From NCBI RefSeq assembly GCF_009914755.1, contig NC_060933.1: 64,000 nt of DNA; one strand, given 5' to 3'. This DNA is from the human T2T-CHM13v2.0 reference genome, Homo sapiens. This document shows positions 26,101 to 41,308 of the stretch, one piece after another (position 1 is the first letter of the stretch; each line of letters opens with the position of its first letter). The position numbers were made by a program, and so were the translations under genes. Under the pieces are notes generated by a model. It made no database searches, had not been told where the DNA came from, and worked only from the letters and a program-made list of their open reading frames with translations.

Positions 26101-29100
26101 CCATTCCGTTCCATTCCATTCCATTCCATTCTATTCGGGTTAATTCCATTCCATTCCATTCCATTCCATTCTATCCCATTCCATTGCAATCGAGTTGAAT
26201 CCATTGCATTTCATTCCATTCCATTCCATTCCATTCCATTCCGGAAGATTCCATTCCATTGCATTCCATTCCATTCCATTCCCCTGCACTCGCGTTGATT
26301 CCATTCCATTCCATTCCATTCCGTTCCGTTCCGTTCCATTCCATTCCATTCCATTCCATTCCATTCCATTCCGTTCCGTTCCATAACATTCCATTCCATT
26401 CTATTCGGGTTAATTCCATTCCATTCCATTCGATTGCAATCGAGTTGATTCCATTCCATTCCATTCCATTCCATTCCATTCCATTCCATTCCTTTCCATT
26501 CCATTACGGATGATTCCATTCCATTGCATTCCATTCCATTCCATTCCCCTGTACTCGGTTTGATTCCATTCCATTCCATTCCAATCCATGCCATTTCACT
26601 CGTGTTGATTCCATTCTTTCCATTCCATTCAAGTTGAATCCATTCCATTGCATTCCATTCCATTCGATTCCATTCGATTGCACTCGAGTTGATTCCTTTC
26701 CATTGCATTCCATTGCATTCCATTCCATTCCATTCCATTCCATTTCTTTACATTCAGATTGATTCTATTAAATTCCCTTACACTCCATTATATTCCAATC
26801 CATTCTGGTTGTTTCCATTCCATTCCATTCCATTTCACTCCATTCCATTGCACTCGGGTTGATTCCATTCCTTTCCATTCCATTGCACTCCATTCCATTC
26901 TTTTCCGGATGATTCCATTCCATTGCATTCCATTGCATTCTATTCGCTGCACTCGGGTTGATTCCATTCCATTCCATTCCATTCCATTCCAATTCTTTCC
27001 ATTCCATTCCATTCCATACCATTACATTCCATTCCATACAATTCCATTCCATTCCATTCCATTCCATTCCATTCCGTTCCGGATGATTCCATTCCATTGC
27101 ATTCCATTCCATTCCATTAGCCTGCACTCGGGTTGATTCCATTCCTTTCCATTCCATTCCATTCCATTCCATATCGTTCAATTCCATTCCATATCGTTCC
27201 ATTCCATTCTATTCCGTACCATTCCATTCCATTCCATTCCATTCCATTCCATTCCATGCAATTCCGCTCGGGTTGATTCCATTCCTTTCCACTCTATTCG
27301 AATTGAATCCATTCCATTCCATTCCATTCCATTCCATTCCATTCCATTCCATTCCGTATGATTCCATTCCATTGTATTCCATTCCATTCCATTCCGCTGC
27401 ACTCGGGTTGATTCCATTCCATTCCATTCCATTCCATTCCATTGCATTCCATTCCGTTCCATTCCATTCCATTCCTTTCTATTCGGGTTAATTCCATTCC
27501 ATTCCATTCGATTCCATTCCATTCCATTCCATTCCATTGCAATCGAGTTGATCCCATTCCATTCCATTCCATTCCGTTCCGGATGATTCCATTCAATTGC
27601 ATTCCATTCCATTCCATTCCCCTGCAGTCGGGTTAATTCCATTCCATTCCATTCCATTCCATTCCATTCCATTCCATTCCATTCCGTTCCATTCCATTCC
27701 ATTCCATTCTATTCGGTTTAATTCCTTTCCATTCCATTCCATTCCATTCCATTGCATTCCATTCCAATCGAGTTGATTGCATTCCATTCCATTCCATTCC
27801 ATTCCACTCCATTCCAGTCGTTTCCATTCCATTCCACTCGGGTTGATTCCATTCTATTCCTTTCCATTCCATTCCATTCCATTCCATTCCATTGCAATCA
27901 AGTTGATTCCATTGCTTTGCATTCCATTCCATTCCATTCCATTCCGGATGATTCCATTCCATTGCATTCCATTCCATTCCATTCCCCTGCACTCGTGTTG
28001 ATTCCATTCCATTCCACCCCATTCCGTTCCATTCCATTCCATTCCATTGTATTCGGGTTAATTCCATTCCATTCCATTCCATTCCTTTCCATTCCATTAC
28101 AATCGAGTTGATTCCATTCCATTCCATTCCATTCCATTCCATTCCCTACCAGTCCTTTCCATTCCATTCTACTCTGGTTGATTCCATTCTATTAGTTTCC
28201 ATTCCATTCCATTCCCTTCCATTCCACTCTGGTTGATTCCATTCCTTTCCATTCCACTCGAATACACTCCCTCCTATTCCACTCAGAACGATTCCATTCC
28301 ATTCCATTCCATTCCATTCCATTCCATTCCATTCCATTTCGTTCCATTCCATTCTATTCCATACCATTCCATTCCATTCCATTCCTTTCCATTCCATTCC
28401 ATTCCACTCGTGTTGATTCCATTCGTTTCCATTCCATTCGGTTTGAAAGCATTCCATTCCATTCCATTCCATTCCTTTCCATTCCATTGTACTCGGGTTG
28501 ATTCCATTCCATTCCATTACATTCGATTCCATTCCATTCCATTTCATTCCATTCCATTCCGTTCCATTCCATTCCATTTCATTCCATTCAATTCCATTCC
28601 ATTCCATTCCATTCCATTCCATTCCATTCCATTCCATTTCGTTCCATTCCATTCCGTTCCATTCCATTCCATTTCATTCCATTCCATTTCATTCCATTCC
28701 ATTCCATTCCATTCCCTTCCATTCCATTCCATTTCGTTCCATTCCATTCTATTCCATACCATTCCATTCCATTCCATTCCATGCCATTCCACTCGGTTTG
28801 ATTCCATTTCTTTCCATTCCATTCGGGTTGAATCAATTCCATTCCATTCCATTCCATTCCATTCCATTCCATTCCATTCCTTTCCATACCATTGCACTCG
28901 GGTTGATTCCATTCCATTCCATTCCATTCCATTCCATTCCATTCCATTCCATACCGGTTGATTCCATTCCTTTGCATTCCATTCCATTCCATTCCCCTGC
29001 ACTCGGGTTGATTCCAATCCATTCCATTCCATTTAATTCCATTCCATTCTATTCCATTCCAATCCTTTCCATTCCATTCCATTCCATTCCATTGCAATCG

Positions 29101-32100
29101 ACTTGATTCCATTAGATCATTCCATTCCATTCCATTCCATTCCATTCCATTTTGTTCCAATCCATTCTATTCCGAACCATTCCATTCCATTCCATTCCAT
29201 TCCATTCCATGCCATTACACTCGGGTTGATTCCATTCCCTTCCATTCCATTCGGGTTGAAACCATTCCACTCCATTCCATTCCATTCGAATCCATTCCAT
29301 TGCAATCGGGTTGATTCCATTCCATTCCATTCCATTCGATTCCATTCCATTCCATTCCATTCACTTCCATTCCATTTTATTACATTCAGATTGATTCTAT
29401 TCAATTCCCTTACACTCCATTATATTCCAATCCATTCTGGTTGTTTCCATTCCATTCCACTCCATTTCACTCTATTCCATTGCACTCGGTTTGATTCCAT
29501 TCCATTCCATACCATTCCATTCCGGATGATTCCATTCCATTGCATTCCATTCCATTCCATTCCCCTGCACTCGGGTTGATTCCATTCCATTCCATTCCAC
29601 TCCATTCGGTTCCGTTCCATTCCATTCTATTCCATTCCATTCTATTCGGATTAATTCCATTCCATTCTATTCCATTCCATTCCATTCCGTTCCATTGCAA
29701 TGGAGTTGATTCCATTCCATTCCATTCCATTCCGGATGATTCCATTCCATTGCATTCCATTCCATTCCATTCCCCTGCACTCGGGTTGATTCCATTCCTT
29801 TCCATTGCATTCCATTCCGTTCCATTCCATTCCATTCCATTCTATTCGGGTTAATTCCATTCCATTCAATTCCATTCCATTCCATTCCATTCCATTCCAT
29901 TCCATTGCAATCGAGTTGATTCCATTCCATTCCTTTCCATTCCATTGCATTGCCTTGCATTCCATTCGGGTTGATTCCATTCCCTTCCTTCCACTCCATT
30001 ACATTCCCTTCCATTCCACTCGGAATGATTGATTCCTTTCCATTCCATTCCATTTCATTCCATGGCAATCCATTCCAATCCATTCCATTCCATTCCATTC
30101 CACTCGAGTTGATTTCATTCCATTCCTTTCCATTCCATTCCTTTCCATTCCACTCGGGTTGATTCCATTCCGTTCCATTCCATTGCATTCCATTCCATGC
30201 CATTCCACTCGGGTTGATTCCATTCCTTTCCATTCCATTCGGGTTGAATCCATTCCATTCCATTCCATTCCATTCCATTCCATTCCATTCCATTCGATTC
30301 CATTCCATTCCATTCCATTCCATTCCATTCCATTGCAATCGAGTTGATTCCATTCCATTCCATTCCATTCCATTCCATTCCATTCCATTCCATTCCATTT
30401 CATTTCGTTCCAGTCCCTTCTATTCCGAACCATTCCATTCCATTCCATTCCATTCCATTCCATTCCATTCCATGCCATTCCATTCCGTGACATTCCACTC
30501 TGGTTGATTCCACTCCTTTCCATTCCATTCGGGTTGAATCCATTCCATTCCATTCCATTTCATTCGAATCCATTCCATTGCACTCGGGTTGATTCCATTC
30601 CATTCCATTCCATTCCATTCCATTCCGTTCCATTCCATTTCATTACATTCAGATTGATTCTATTCAATTCCCTTACACTCCATTATATTGCAATCCATTC
30701 TGGTTGTTTCCATTCCATTCCATTCCATTTCACTCCATTCCATTGCACTCGGGTTGGTTCCATTCCATTCCATTCCTTTCCATTCCGGATGATTCCATTC
30801 CATTGCATTCCATTCCATTCCATTAGCCTGCACTCGGGTTGATTCCATTCTTTTTCATTCCATTGCATTCCGTTGCATTCCGTTCCATTTCATTCTATTC
30901 GGGTTAATTCCATTCCATTCCATTCCACTCCATTCCAGTCCTTTCCATTCCATTCCACTCGGGTTGATTCCATTCTATTCCTTTCCATTCCATTCCATTC
31001 CATTGCAATCGAGTTGATGCCATTCAAGTTGAATCCATTCCATTCCATTCCATTCCATTCCATTCCATTCCATTCCATTGCACACGAGTTCATTCCATTA
31101 CATTCCATCTCATTCCATTCCGTTCCATTCCATGCCATTACACTCTGGTTGATTCCATTCTATTAGTTTCCATTCCATTCCATTCCCTTCCATTCCACTC
31201 TGGTTGATTCCTTTCCTTTCCATTCCACTCGAATACATTCCCTCCTATTCCACTCGGAACGATTCCATTCCATTCCATTCCATTCCATTCCATTCCATTC
31301 CATTCCATTACATTCCATTTCGTTCCATTCCATTCTATTCCATACCATTCCATTCCATTCCATTCCTTTCCATTCCATTCAATTCCACTCGTGTTGATTC
31401 CATTCCTTTCCATTCCATTCGGTTTGAAAGCATTCCATTCCATTCCATTCCATTCCATTCCATTCCATTCCATTCCATTCCATTGTACTCGGGTTGATTC
31501 CATTCCATTCCATTCCATTCCATTCCATTCCATTCCATTCCATTCCATTCCATTCCTTTCCATTCCATTACTGATGATTCCATTCCATTGCATTCCATTC
31601 CATTCCATTCCCCTGTACTCGGGTTGATTCCATTCCATTCCATTTCAATCCATGCCATTCCACTCGTGTTGATTCCATTCTTTCCATTGCATTCAAGTTG
31701 AATCCATTCCATTGCATTCCATTCCATTCGATTCCATTCGATTGCACTCGGGTTGATTCCATTCCATTGCATTCCATTCCATTCCATTCCATTCCGTTCC
31801 ATTCCATTCCATTACATTCGGATTGATTCTATTCAATTCCCTTACACTCCATTACATTCCATTCCATTCGGGTAGTTTCCATTCCATTCCATTCCATTCC
31901 TCTCCATTCCATTGCACTCGGGTTTATTCCATTCCATTCCATTCCATTCCATTCCATTCCATTCCATTCCATTCCGGAAGATTCCATTCCATTGCATTCC
32001 ATTCCATTCCATTCCCCTGCACTCGCGTTGATTGCATTCCATTCCATTCCATTCCATTCCATTCCATTCCATTCCATTCCTTTCCGTTCCATTCCATTCC

Positions 32101-35100
32101 ATTCCATTCCATTCCGTTCCGTTCCTTTCCGTTCCGTTCCATTCCATTCCATTCCATTCTCTTCGGTTTATATCCATTCCATTCCATTCGATTGCAATCG
32201 AGTTGATTCCATTCCATTCCATTCCATTCCATTCCATTCCTTTCCATTCCATTACGGATGATTCCATTCCATTGCATTCCATTACTTTCCATTCCCCTGT
32301 ACTCGGGTTGATTCCATTCCATTCCATTCCAATCCATGCCATTCCACTCGTGCTGATTCCATTCTTTCCATTCCATTCAAGTTGAATCCATTCCATTGCA
32401 TTCCATTCCATTCCATTCCCCTGCACTCTTGTTGATTCCATTCCATTCCATTCCATTCCGTTCCATTCCATTCCATTCCATTCTATTCAGGTTAATTCCA
32501 TTCCATTCCATTCCATTCCATTGCATTCCATTCCATTCCATTCCATTCCATTGCAATCCAGTTGATTCCATTGCATTGCATTCCATTCCATTCCATTCCG
32601 GTTGATTCCATTCCATTGCATTCCATTCCATTCCATTCCCCTGCAGTCAGGTTGATTCCATTCCATTCCATTCCATTCCATTCCATTCCGTTCCATTCCA
32701 TTCCACTCCATTGCAATCATGTTGATTCCATTCCATTCCATTCCATTCCATTCCATTCCATTCCATTCCATTCCATTCCATGCCATTCCACTCGGGTTGA
32801 TTCCATTCCTTTCCATTCGATTCGGGTTGAAGCCATTCTTTGCAATTCCATTCCATTCGATTCCATTCCATTGCACTTGGGTTGATTCCATTCCATTGCA
32901 TTCTATTCCATTCCATTCTATTCCATTCCGTTCCATTGCATTCCATTACATTCGGATTGATTCTATTCAATTCCCTTACACTCCATTACATTCCATTCCA
33001 TTCGGGTTGTTGCCATTCCATTCCATTCCATCCCACTCCATTCCATTCCATATCATTCCATTCCACTCCATTCCATTGCACTCGGGTTGATTCCATTCCA
33101 TTGCATTCCATTCCATTCCATTCCGGATGATTCCATTCCACTGCATTCCATTCCATTCCATTCCCCTGTACTCGAGTTGATTCCATTCCATTCCATTCCA
33201 TTCCATTCCGTTCCATTCCATTCCGTTCCATTCTATTCGGGTTAATTCCATTCCATTCCATTCCATTCTCTTCCATTGCAATCGAATTGATTCCATTCCA
33301 TTCCATTCCATTCCATTCCTTTCCATTCCATTCCACTCGGGTTGATTGCATTCTATTAGTTTCCTTTCCATTCCATTCCATTCCATTCCATTAAACTCTG
33401 GTTGCTTCCAATCCTTTCCATTCCACTCGAATACATTCCTTTCTATGCCACTCGGAATGATTCCATTCCATTCCATTCCATTCCATTCCATTCCATTTCA
33501 TTCCATTCCATTCTATTCCGTACCATTCCAATCCTTTCCACTCCATTCCATTCCATTCCTTTCCATTCCACTCCATTCCATGCGATTTCACTCTGGTTGA
33601 TTCCATTCCTTTCCATTCCATTCGGGTTCAATGCATTCCATTCCATTCCATTCCATTCCATTCCATTCCATTCCATTCCGTTCCATTGCACTCGGGTTGA
33701 TTCGATTTGATTCCATTCCATTCCATTCCGTTCCATTCTATTCCATTCCATTCCATTCCTTTGCATTCCATTCCACTTTGGTGGATTCCATTCCATTCCT
33801 TTCCATTCCATTCCATTCCCTTGCATTCCACTCGCGTTGTTTTCATTCCTTTCCTTCCACTCCATTACAATCCCTTCCATTCTACTCGGAATGATTGATT
33901 CCATTCCATTCCAATCCATTTCATTCCATTGCGTTCCATTCCGATCCATTCCATTCCATTCCATTCCAATCCATTCCATTCCATTGCATTCCATTCCATT
34001 CCATTCCGTTACATTCCAGATGATTCCATTCCATTGCATTCCATTCCATTCCATTCCCCTGCACTCGGGTTGATTCCGTTCCATTCCATTCCATTCCATT
34101 CCATTCCATTCCAGTCCATTCCATTCCATTGCATTCCGTTCCATTCCATTCCTTTCTATTTGAGTTAATTCCATTCCATTCTATTCCATTGCAATCCAGT
34201 TGATTCCATTCCATTCCATTCCATTCCTTTCCATTCCATTCCATTCCATTCCAGTCCTTTCCATTCCATTCCACTCGGGTTGATTCCATTCTATTCCTTT
34301 CCATTCCATTCCATTCGCTTCCATTCCAATCTGGTTGATTCCATTCCTTTCCATTCCACTCGAGTACATCCCTTTCTATTCCACTCGGAATGATTCCATT
34401 CCATTCCATTCCATTCCATTCCATATCGTTCTATTCCATTCTATTCCGTACCATTCCATTCCATTCCATTCCATTCCATTCCATGACATTCCGCTCGGGT
34501 TGATTCCATTCCTTTCCATTCCATTCGAGTTGAATCCATTCCATTCCATTCCATGCCATTCCATTCCATTCGATTCCATTCCATTGCAAACGGGTTCATT
34601 CCATTCCATTCCATTTCATTTCATTCCATTCCATTCCATTCCATTCCATTTCATTCCATTCCATTCCATTCCATTCCATTTCATTCCATTCCATTCCATT
34701 TCATTCCATTGCATTCCATTCCATTCCATTCCATTCCATTTCATTCCATTGCATTCCATTCCATTCCATTCCATTCCATTTCATTCCATTCCATTCCATT
34801 CCATTCCATTCCATTCCATTTCATTCCATTCCATTCCCTTCCATTCCATTCCGTTCCATTTCGTTCCATTCCATTCTATTCCGTACCATTCCATTCCATT
34901 CCATTCCATTCCATTCCATTCCATGCCATTCCACTCGGGTTGATTTCATTCCTTTCCATTCCATTCGGGTTGAATCCATTTCATTCCATTCCATTCCATT
35001 CCATTCCATTCCATTCCATTCCATTCCATAGCACTCTGGTTGATTCCATTCCATTCAATTCCATTCCATTTCTTGCCATTCCATTCCATTCCGTTCCATT

Positions 35101-38100
35101 CCATTCCATTACATTCGGATTGTTTCTTTTCAATTCCCTTACACTCCATTACATTCCATTCCATTCTGGTAGTTTCCATTCCATTCCATTCCACTCCACT
35201 CCATTCCATTGCACTCGGTTTGACTGATTCGATTCCATTGCATTCCATTCCATTCCATTCCGCATGATTCCATTCCATTGCATTCCATTCCATTCCATTC
35301 CCCTGCACTCGGATTGATTCCATTCCATTGCATTCCATTCCATTCCATTCCATTCCATTCCGCATGATTCCATTCCATTGCATTCCATTCCATTCCATTC
35401 CCCTGCATTCGTGTTGATTCCATTCCATTCCATTCCATTCCATTCTGTTCCATTCCATTCCATTCCATTCTATTCAGGTTAATTCCATTCCATTCCATTC
35501 CATTCCATTCCATTCCATTCCATTCCGTTCCATTCCATTCCATTGCAATCGAGTTGATTCCATTGCATTCCATTCCATTCTATTCCATTCCACTGCATTC
35601 CATTGCACTCGGGTTGATTCAATTGCATTCCATTCCTTTCCATTCCATTCCATTCCGGATGATTCCATTCCATTGCATTCCATTCCATTCCATTCCTCTG
35701 CACTCAGGTTGATTCCATTCCATTCCATTCCATTCCATTCCATTCCATTCCTTTCCATTCCTTTCCATTCCAATGCAAAAGAGTTGATTCCATTCCATTC
35801 CATTCCATTCCATTTCGTTCCATTCCATTTCATTACATTCAGATTGATTCTGTTCAATTCCCTTACACTCCATTATATTCCATTCCATTCGGGTTGTTTG
35901 CATTCCATTCCATTCCATTACACTCCATTCCATTGCACTCGGGTTGATTCCATTCCATTCCATTCCATTCCATTCCATTCCATTCCGGATGATTCCATTC
36001 CATTGCATTCCATTCCATTCCATTCCCCTGCACTCGGGTGGATTCCAATCCATTCTATTCCATTCTGTTCCGTTTCATTCCATTCCATTCCATTCCATTC
36101 CATTCCATTCCATTCAGGTTAATTCCATTCCATTCTATTCCATTCCATTCCATTCCATTCCATTGCGATGGAGTTGATTCCATTCCATTCCGGATGATTC
36201 CATTGCATTGCATTCCATTCCATTCCATTCCCCTGCACTCGTGTTGATTCCATTCCCTTCCATTCCATTCCATTCCGTTCCATTCCATTCCATTCCATTC
36301 TATTCGGGTTAATTCCATTCCATTCCATTCGATTGCAATCGTGTTGATTCCATTCCATTCCATTCCATTCCATTCCATTCCATTCCTCTCCATTCCATTG
36401 CACTCGGGTTGATTGCATTCCATTGCATTCCATTCCATTCCATTCAATTCCATTCCGTTCCATTCCATTCCTTTACATTCGGATTGACTCTATTCAACTC
36501 CCTTACTCTCCATTCCATTCCATTCCATTAGGCTTGTTCCATTCCATTCCATTCCATTCCACTCCATTCCATTGCACTCGGGTTTATTCCATTCCATTCC
36601 ATTCCATTCCATTCCCTTCCATTCCATTCCATTCCGGAAGATTCCATTCCATTGCATTCCATTCCATTCCATTCCCCTGCACTCGCGTTGATTCCATTCC
36701 ATTCCATTCCATTCCATTCCATTCCATTCCATTCCATTCCATTCCTTTCCGTTCCATTCCATTCCATTCCATTCCGTTCCGTTCCGTTCCGTTCCGTTCT
36801 ATTCCATTCCATTCCATTCTATTCGGGTTAATTCCATTCCATTCCATTCGATTGCAATCGAGTTGATTCCATTCCATTCCATTCCATTCCATTCCATTCC
36901 ATTCCATTCCTTTCCATTCCACTACAGATGATTCCATTCCATTGCATTCCATTCCATTCCATTCCCCTGTACTCGGGTTGATTCCATTCCATTCCATTCC
37001 AATCCATGCCATTCCACTCGTGTTGATTCCATTCTTTCCATTCCATTCAAGTTGAATCCATTCCATTGCATTCCATTCCATTCCATGCCCCTGCAGTCGG
37101 GTTGATTCCATTCCATTCCATTCCATTCCATTCCATTCCATTCCATTCCGTTCCGTTCCATTCCATTCTATTCGGGTTAATTCCATTCCATTCCATTCCA
37201 TTCCATTCCATTCCATTCCATTCCAATCGAGTTGATTCCATTCCATTCCATTCCATTCCATTCCATTCCACTCCATTCCAGTCCTTTCCATTCCATTCCA
37301 CTCGGGTTGATTCCAATGTATTCCTTTCCATTCCATTCCATTCCATTGCAATCGAGTTGATTCCATTGCTTTGCATTCCATTCCATTCCATTCCATTCCG
37401 GATGATTCCTTTCCATTGCATTCCATTCCATTCCATTCCCCTGCACTCGGGTTGATTCCATTCCATTCCACTCCATTCCGTTCCATTCCATTCCATTCCA
37501 TTGTATTCGGGTTAATTCCATTCCATTCCATTCCATTCCATTCCATTCCATTCCATTTCAATCGAGTTGATTCCATTCCATTCCATTCCATTCCATTCCA
37601 TTCCATTCCATTCCAGTCCTTTCCATTCCATTCCACTCGGGTTGATTCCATTCTATTAGTTTCCATTCCATTCCATTCCCTTCCATTCCACTCTGGTTGA
37701 TTCCATTCCTTTCCATTCCACTCGAATACATTCCCTCCTATTCCACTGGGAACGATTCCATTCTATTCCATTCCATTCCATTCCATTCCATTCCATTCCT
37801 TTCCATTCCATTCTATTCCGTATCATTCCATTCCATTCCATTCCATTCCATTCCATTCCACTCGTGTTGATTCCATTCCTTTCCATTCCATTCGGTTTGA
37901 AGGCATTCCATTCCATTCCATTCCATTCCATTCCATTCCATTCCACTCCATTCCATTCCATTGTACTCGGGTTGATTCCATTCCATTGCATTCCATTCCA
38001 TTCCATTCCATTCCATTCCGTTGCTTACCATTCCATTACATTCGGATTGATTCTATTCAACTCCCTTACTCTCCATTACATTCCATTCCATTCGGGTTGT

Positions 38101-41100
38101 TCCATTCCATTCCATTCCATTCCACTCCATTCCATTGCACTCGGGTTGATTCCATTCCATTCCATTCCATTCCATTCCGGATGATTCCATTCCATTGCAT
38201 TCCGTTCCAATACATTCCCCTGCACTCGCGTTGATTCCATTCCATTCCATTCAATTCCATTCCATTACCGTTCGTTCCATTCCATTCTATTCCGTACCAT
38301 TCCATTCCATTCCATCCCATTCCATTCCATTCCATTCCATTCCATTCCGTTCCATTCCGTTCCATTGCATTCCATTCCATTCTATTCGGGTTAATTCCAT
38401 TCCATTCCATTCCATTCCATTCTATTCCATTCCATTGTAATCGAGTTGAATCCATTGCATTTCATTCCATTCCATTCCTTTCCGGAAGATTCCATTCCAT
38501 TGCATTCCATTCCATTCCATTCCCCTGCACTCGCATTGATTCCATTCCATTCCATTCCATTCCATTCCATTCCGTTCCGTTCCATTCTATTCCATTCCAT
38601 TCCATTCCATTCCGTTCCATTCCATTCCATTCCATTCTATTCGGGTTAATTCCATTCCATTCCATTCGATTGCAATCGAGTTGATTCCATTCCATTCCAT
38701 TCCATTCCATTCCATTCCATTCCATTCCATTCCTTTCCATTGCATTACGGATGATTCCATTCCATTGCATTCCATTCCATTCCATTCCCCTGTACTCGGG
38801 TTGATTCCATTCCATTCCATTCCAATCCATGCCATTCCACTCGTGTTGATTCCATTCTTTCCGTTCCATTCAAGTTGAATCCATTCCATTGCAGTCCATT
38901 CCATTCGATTCCATTCGATTGCACTTGGGTTGATTCCATTCCATTTCATTCCATTCCATTCCATTCCATTCCATTCCATTCCGTTCCATTCCATTCCATT
39001 ACATTCGGATTGATTCTGTTCAATTCCCTTACACTTCATTACATTCCATTCCATTCGTGTAGTTTCCACTCCATTCCATTCCATTCCTCTCCATTCCATT
39101 GCACTCGGGTTGATTCCATTCCATGGCATTCCATTCCATTCCATTCCATTCCATTCCGTTCCATTCCATTCCATTACATTCGGATTGATTCTATTCAACT
39201 CCCTTACTCTCCATTACATTCGATTCCATTCGGGTTGTTCCATTCCATTCCATTCCATTCCACTCCATTCCATTGCACTCGGGTTGATTCCATTCCATTC
39301 CATTCCATTCCGGAAGATTCCATTCCATTACATTCCATTACATTCCATTCCCCTGCACTCGCGTTGATTGCATTCCATTCCATTCCATTCCATTCAATTC
39401 CATTCCTTTCCGTTCCATTCCATTCCATTCCATTCCGTTCCGTTCCGTTCCGTTCCGTTCCATTCCATTCCATTCCATTCCATTCTATTCGGGTTAATTC
39501 CATTCCATTCCATTCGATTGCAATCGAGTTGATTCCATTCCATTCCATTCCATTCCATTCCATTCCATTCCATTCCATTCCATTCCTTTCCATTCCATTT
39601 CATTCCATTCCATTCCATTGTAATCGAGTTGATTACATTCCATTCCTTTCCATTTCATTCCATTGCCTTGCATTCCACTCGGGTTGATTCCATTCCCTTC
39701 TTTCCACTCCATTACATTCCCTTCCATTCCACTCGGAATGATTGATTCCATTCCATTCCATTCCGTTTCATTCCATTGCAATCCATTCCAATCCATTCCA
39801 TTCCATTCCATTACACTCGAGTTGATTTCATTCCATTGCTTTCCATTTCATTCCATTCCTTTCCACTCGAGTTGATTCCATTCCATTCCATTCCATTGCA
39901 TTCCATTCCATGCCATTCCACTCGGGTTGATTCCATTCCATTCCATTCCAGTCCATTCCATTCCTTTCCATTGCATTCCATTCCATTCCTTTCCCCTTCA
40001 CTCGGGTTGATTCCATTCCATTCCATTCCATTTAATTCCATTCCATTCCATTCCATTCCATTCCAATCCGTTCCATTCCATTCCATTCTATTACATTGCA
40101 ATCGACTTGATTCCATTCCATTCCATTCCATTCCATTCCATTCCATTCCATTCCATTCCATTCCATTCCGTTCCGTTCTATTCCGAACCATTCCATTCCA
40201 TTCCATTCCATTCCATTCCATTCCATTCCATTCCATGCCATTCCACTCGGGTTGATTCCATTCCTTTCCATTCCATTCGGGTAGAATCCAATCCACTCCA
40301 TTCCATTCCATTCGAATCCATTCCATTGCAATCGGGTTGATTCCATTCCATTGCATTCCATTCGATTCCATTCCATTCCATTCCATTCCGTTCGATTCCA
40401 TTTCATTACATTCAGATTGATTCTATTCAATTCCCTTACACTCCATTATATTCCAATCCATTCTGGTTGTTTCCATTGCATTCCATTCCATTTCACTCCA
40501 TTCCATTGCAGTCGGTTTGATTCCATTCCATTTCATTCCATTCCATTCCGGATGATTCCATTCCATTGCATTCCATTCCATTCCATTCCCCTGCACTCAG
40601 GTTGATTCCATTCCATTCCATTCCACTCCATTCGGTTCTGTTCCATTCCATTCTATTGCATTCCATTCTATTCGGGTTAATTCAATTCCATTCTATTCCA
40701 TTCCATTCCATTCCATTCCATTGCAATGGAGTTGATTCCATTCAATTCCATTCCATTCCGGATGATTCCATTCCATTGCATTCCACTCCATTCCATTCCC
40801 CTGCACTCGTGTTGATTCCATTACCTTCCATTCCATTCCATTCCGTTCCATTCTATTGCATTCCATTCTATTCCGGTTAATTCCATTCCATTCCATTCCA
40901 TTCCATTCCATTCCATTCCATTGCAATCGAGTTGATTCCATTCCATTCCTTTCCATTCCATTCCATTGCCTTGCATTCCAATCGGGTTGATTCCATTCCC
41001 TTCTTTCCACTCCATTACATTCCCTTACATTCCACTCGGAATGATTGATTCCATTCCATTCCATTCCATTTCATTCCGTTGCAATCCATTCCGATCTATT

Positions 41101-41308
41101 CCATTCCATTCCATTCCACTCGAGTTGATTTCATTCCATTCCTTTCCATTCCATTCCATTCCTTTCCACTCGAGTTGATTCCATTCCATTCCATTCCATT
41201 GCATTCCATTCCATGCCATTCCACTCGGGTTGATTCCAATCCTTTGCATTCCATTCCATTCCATTCCATTCCGTTGCATTCCATTCCATTACATTCGGAT
41301 TGATTCTA

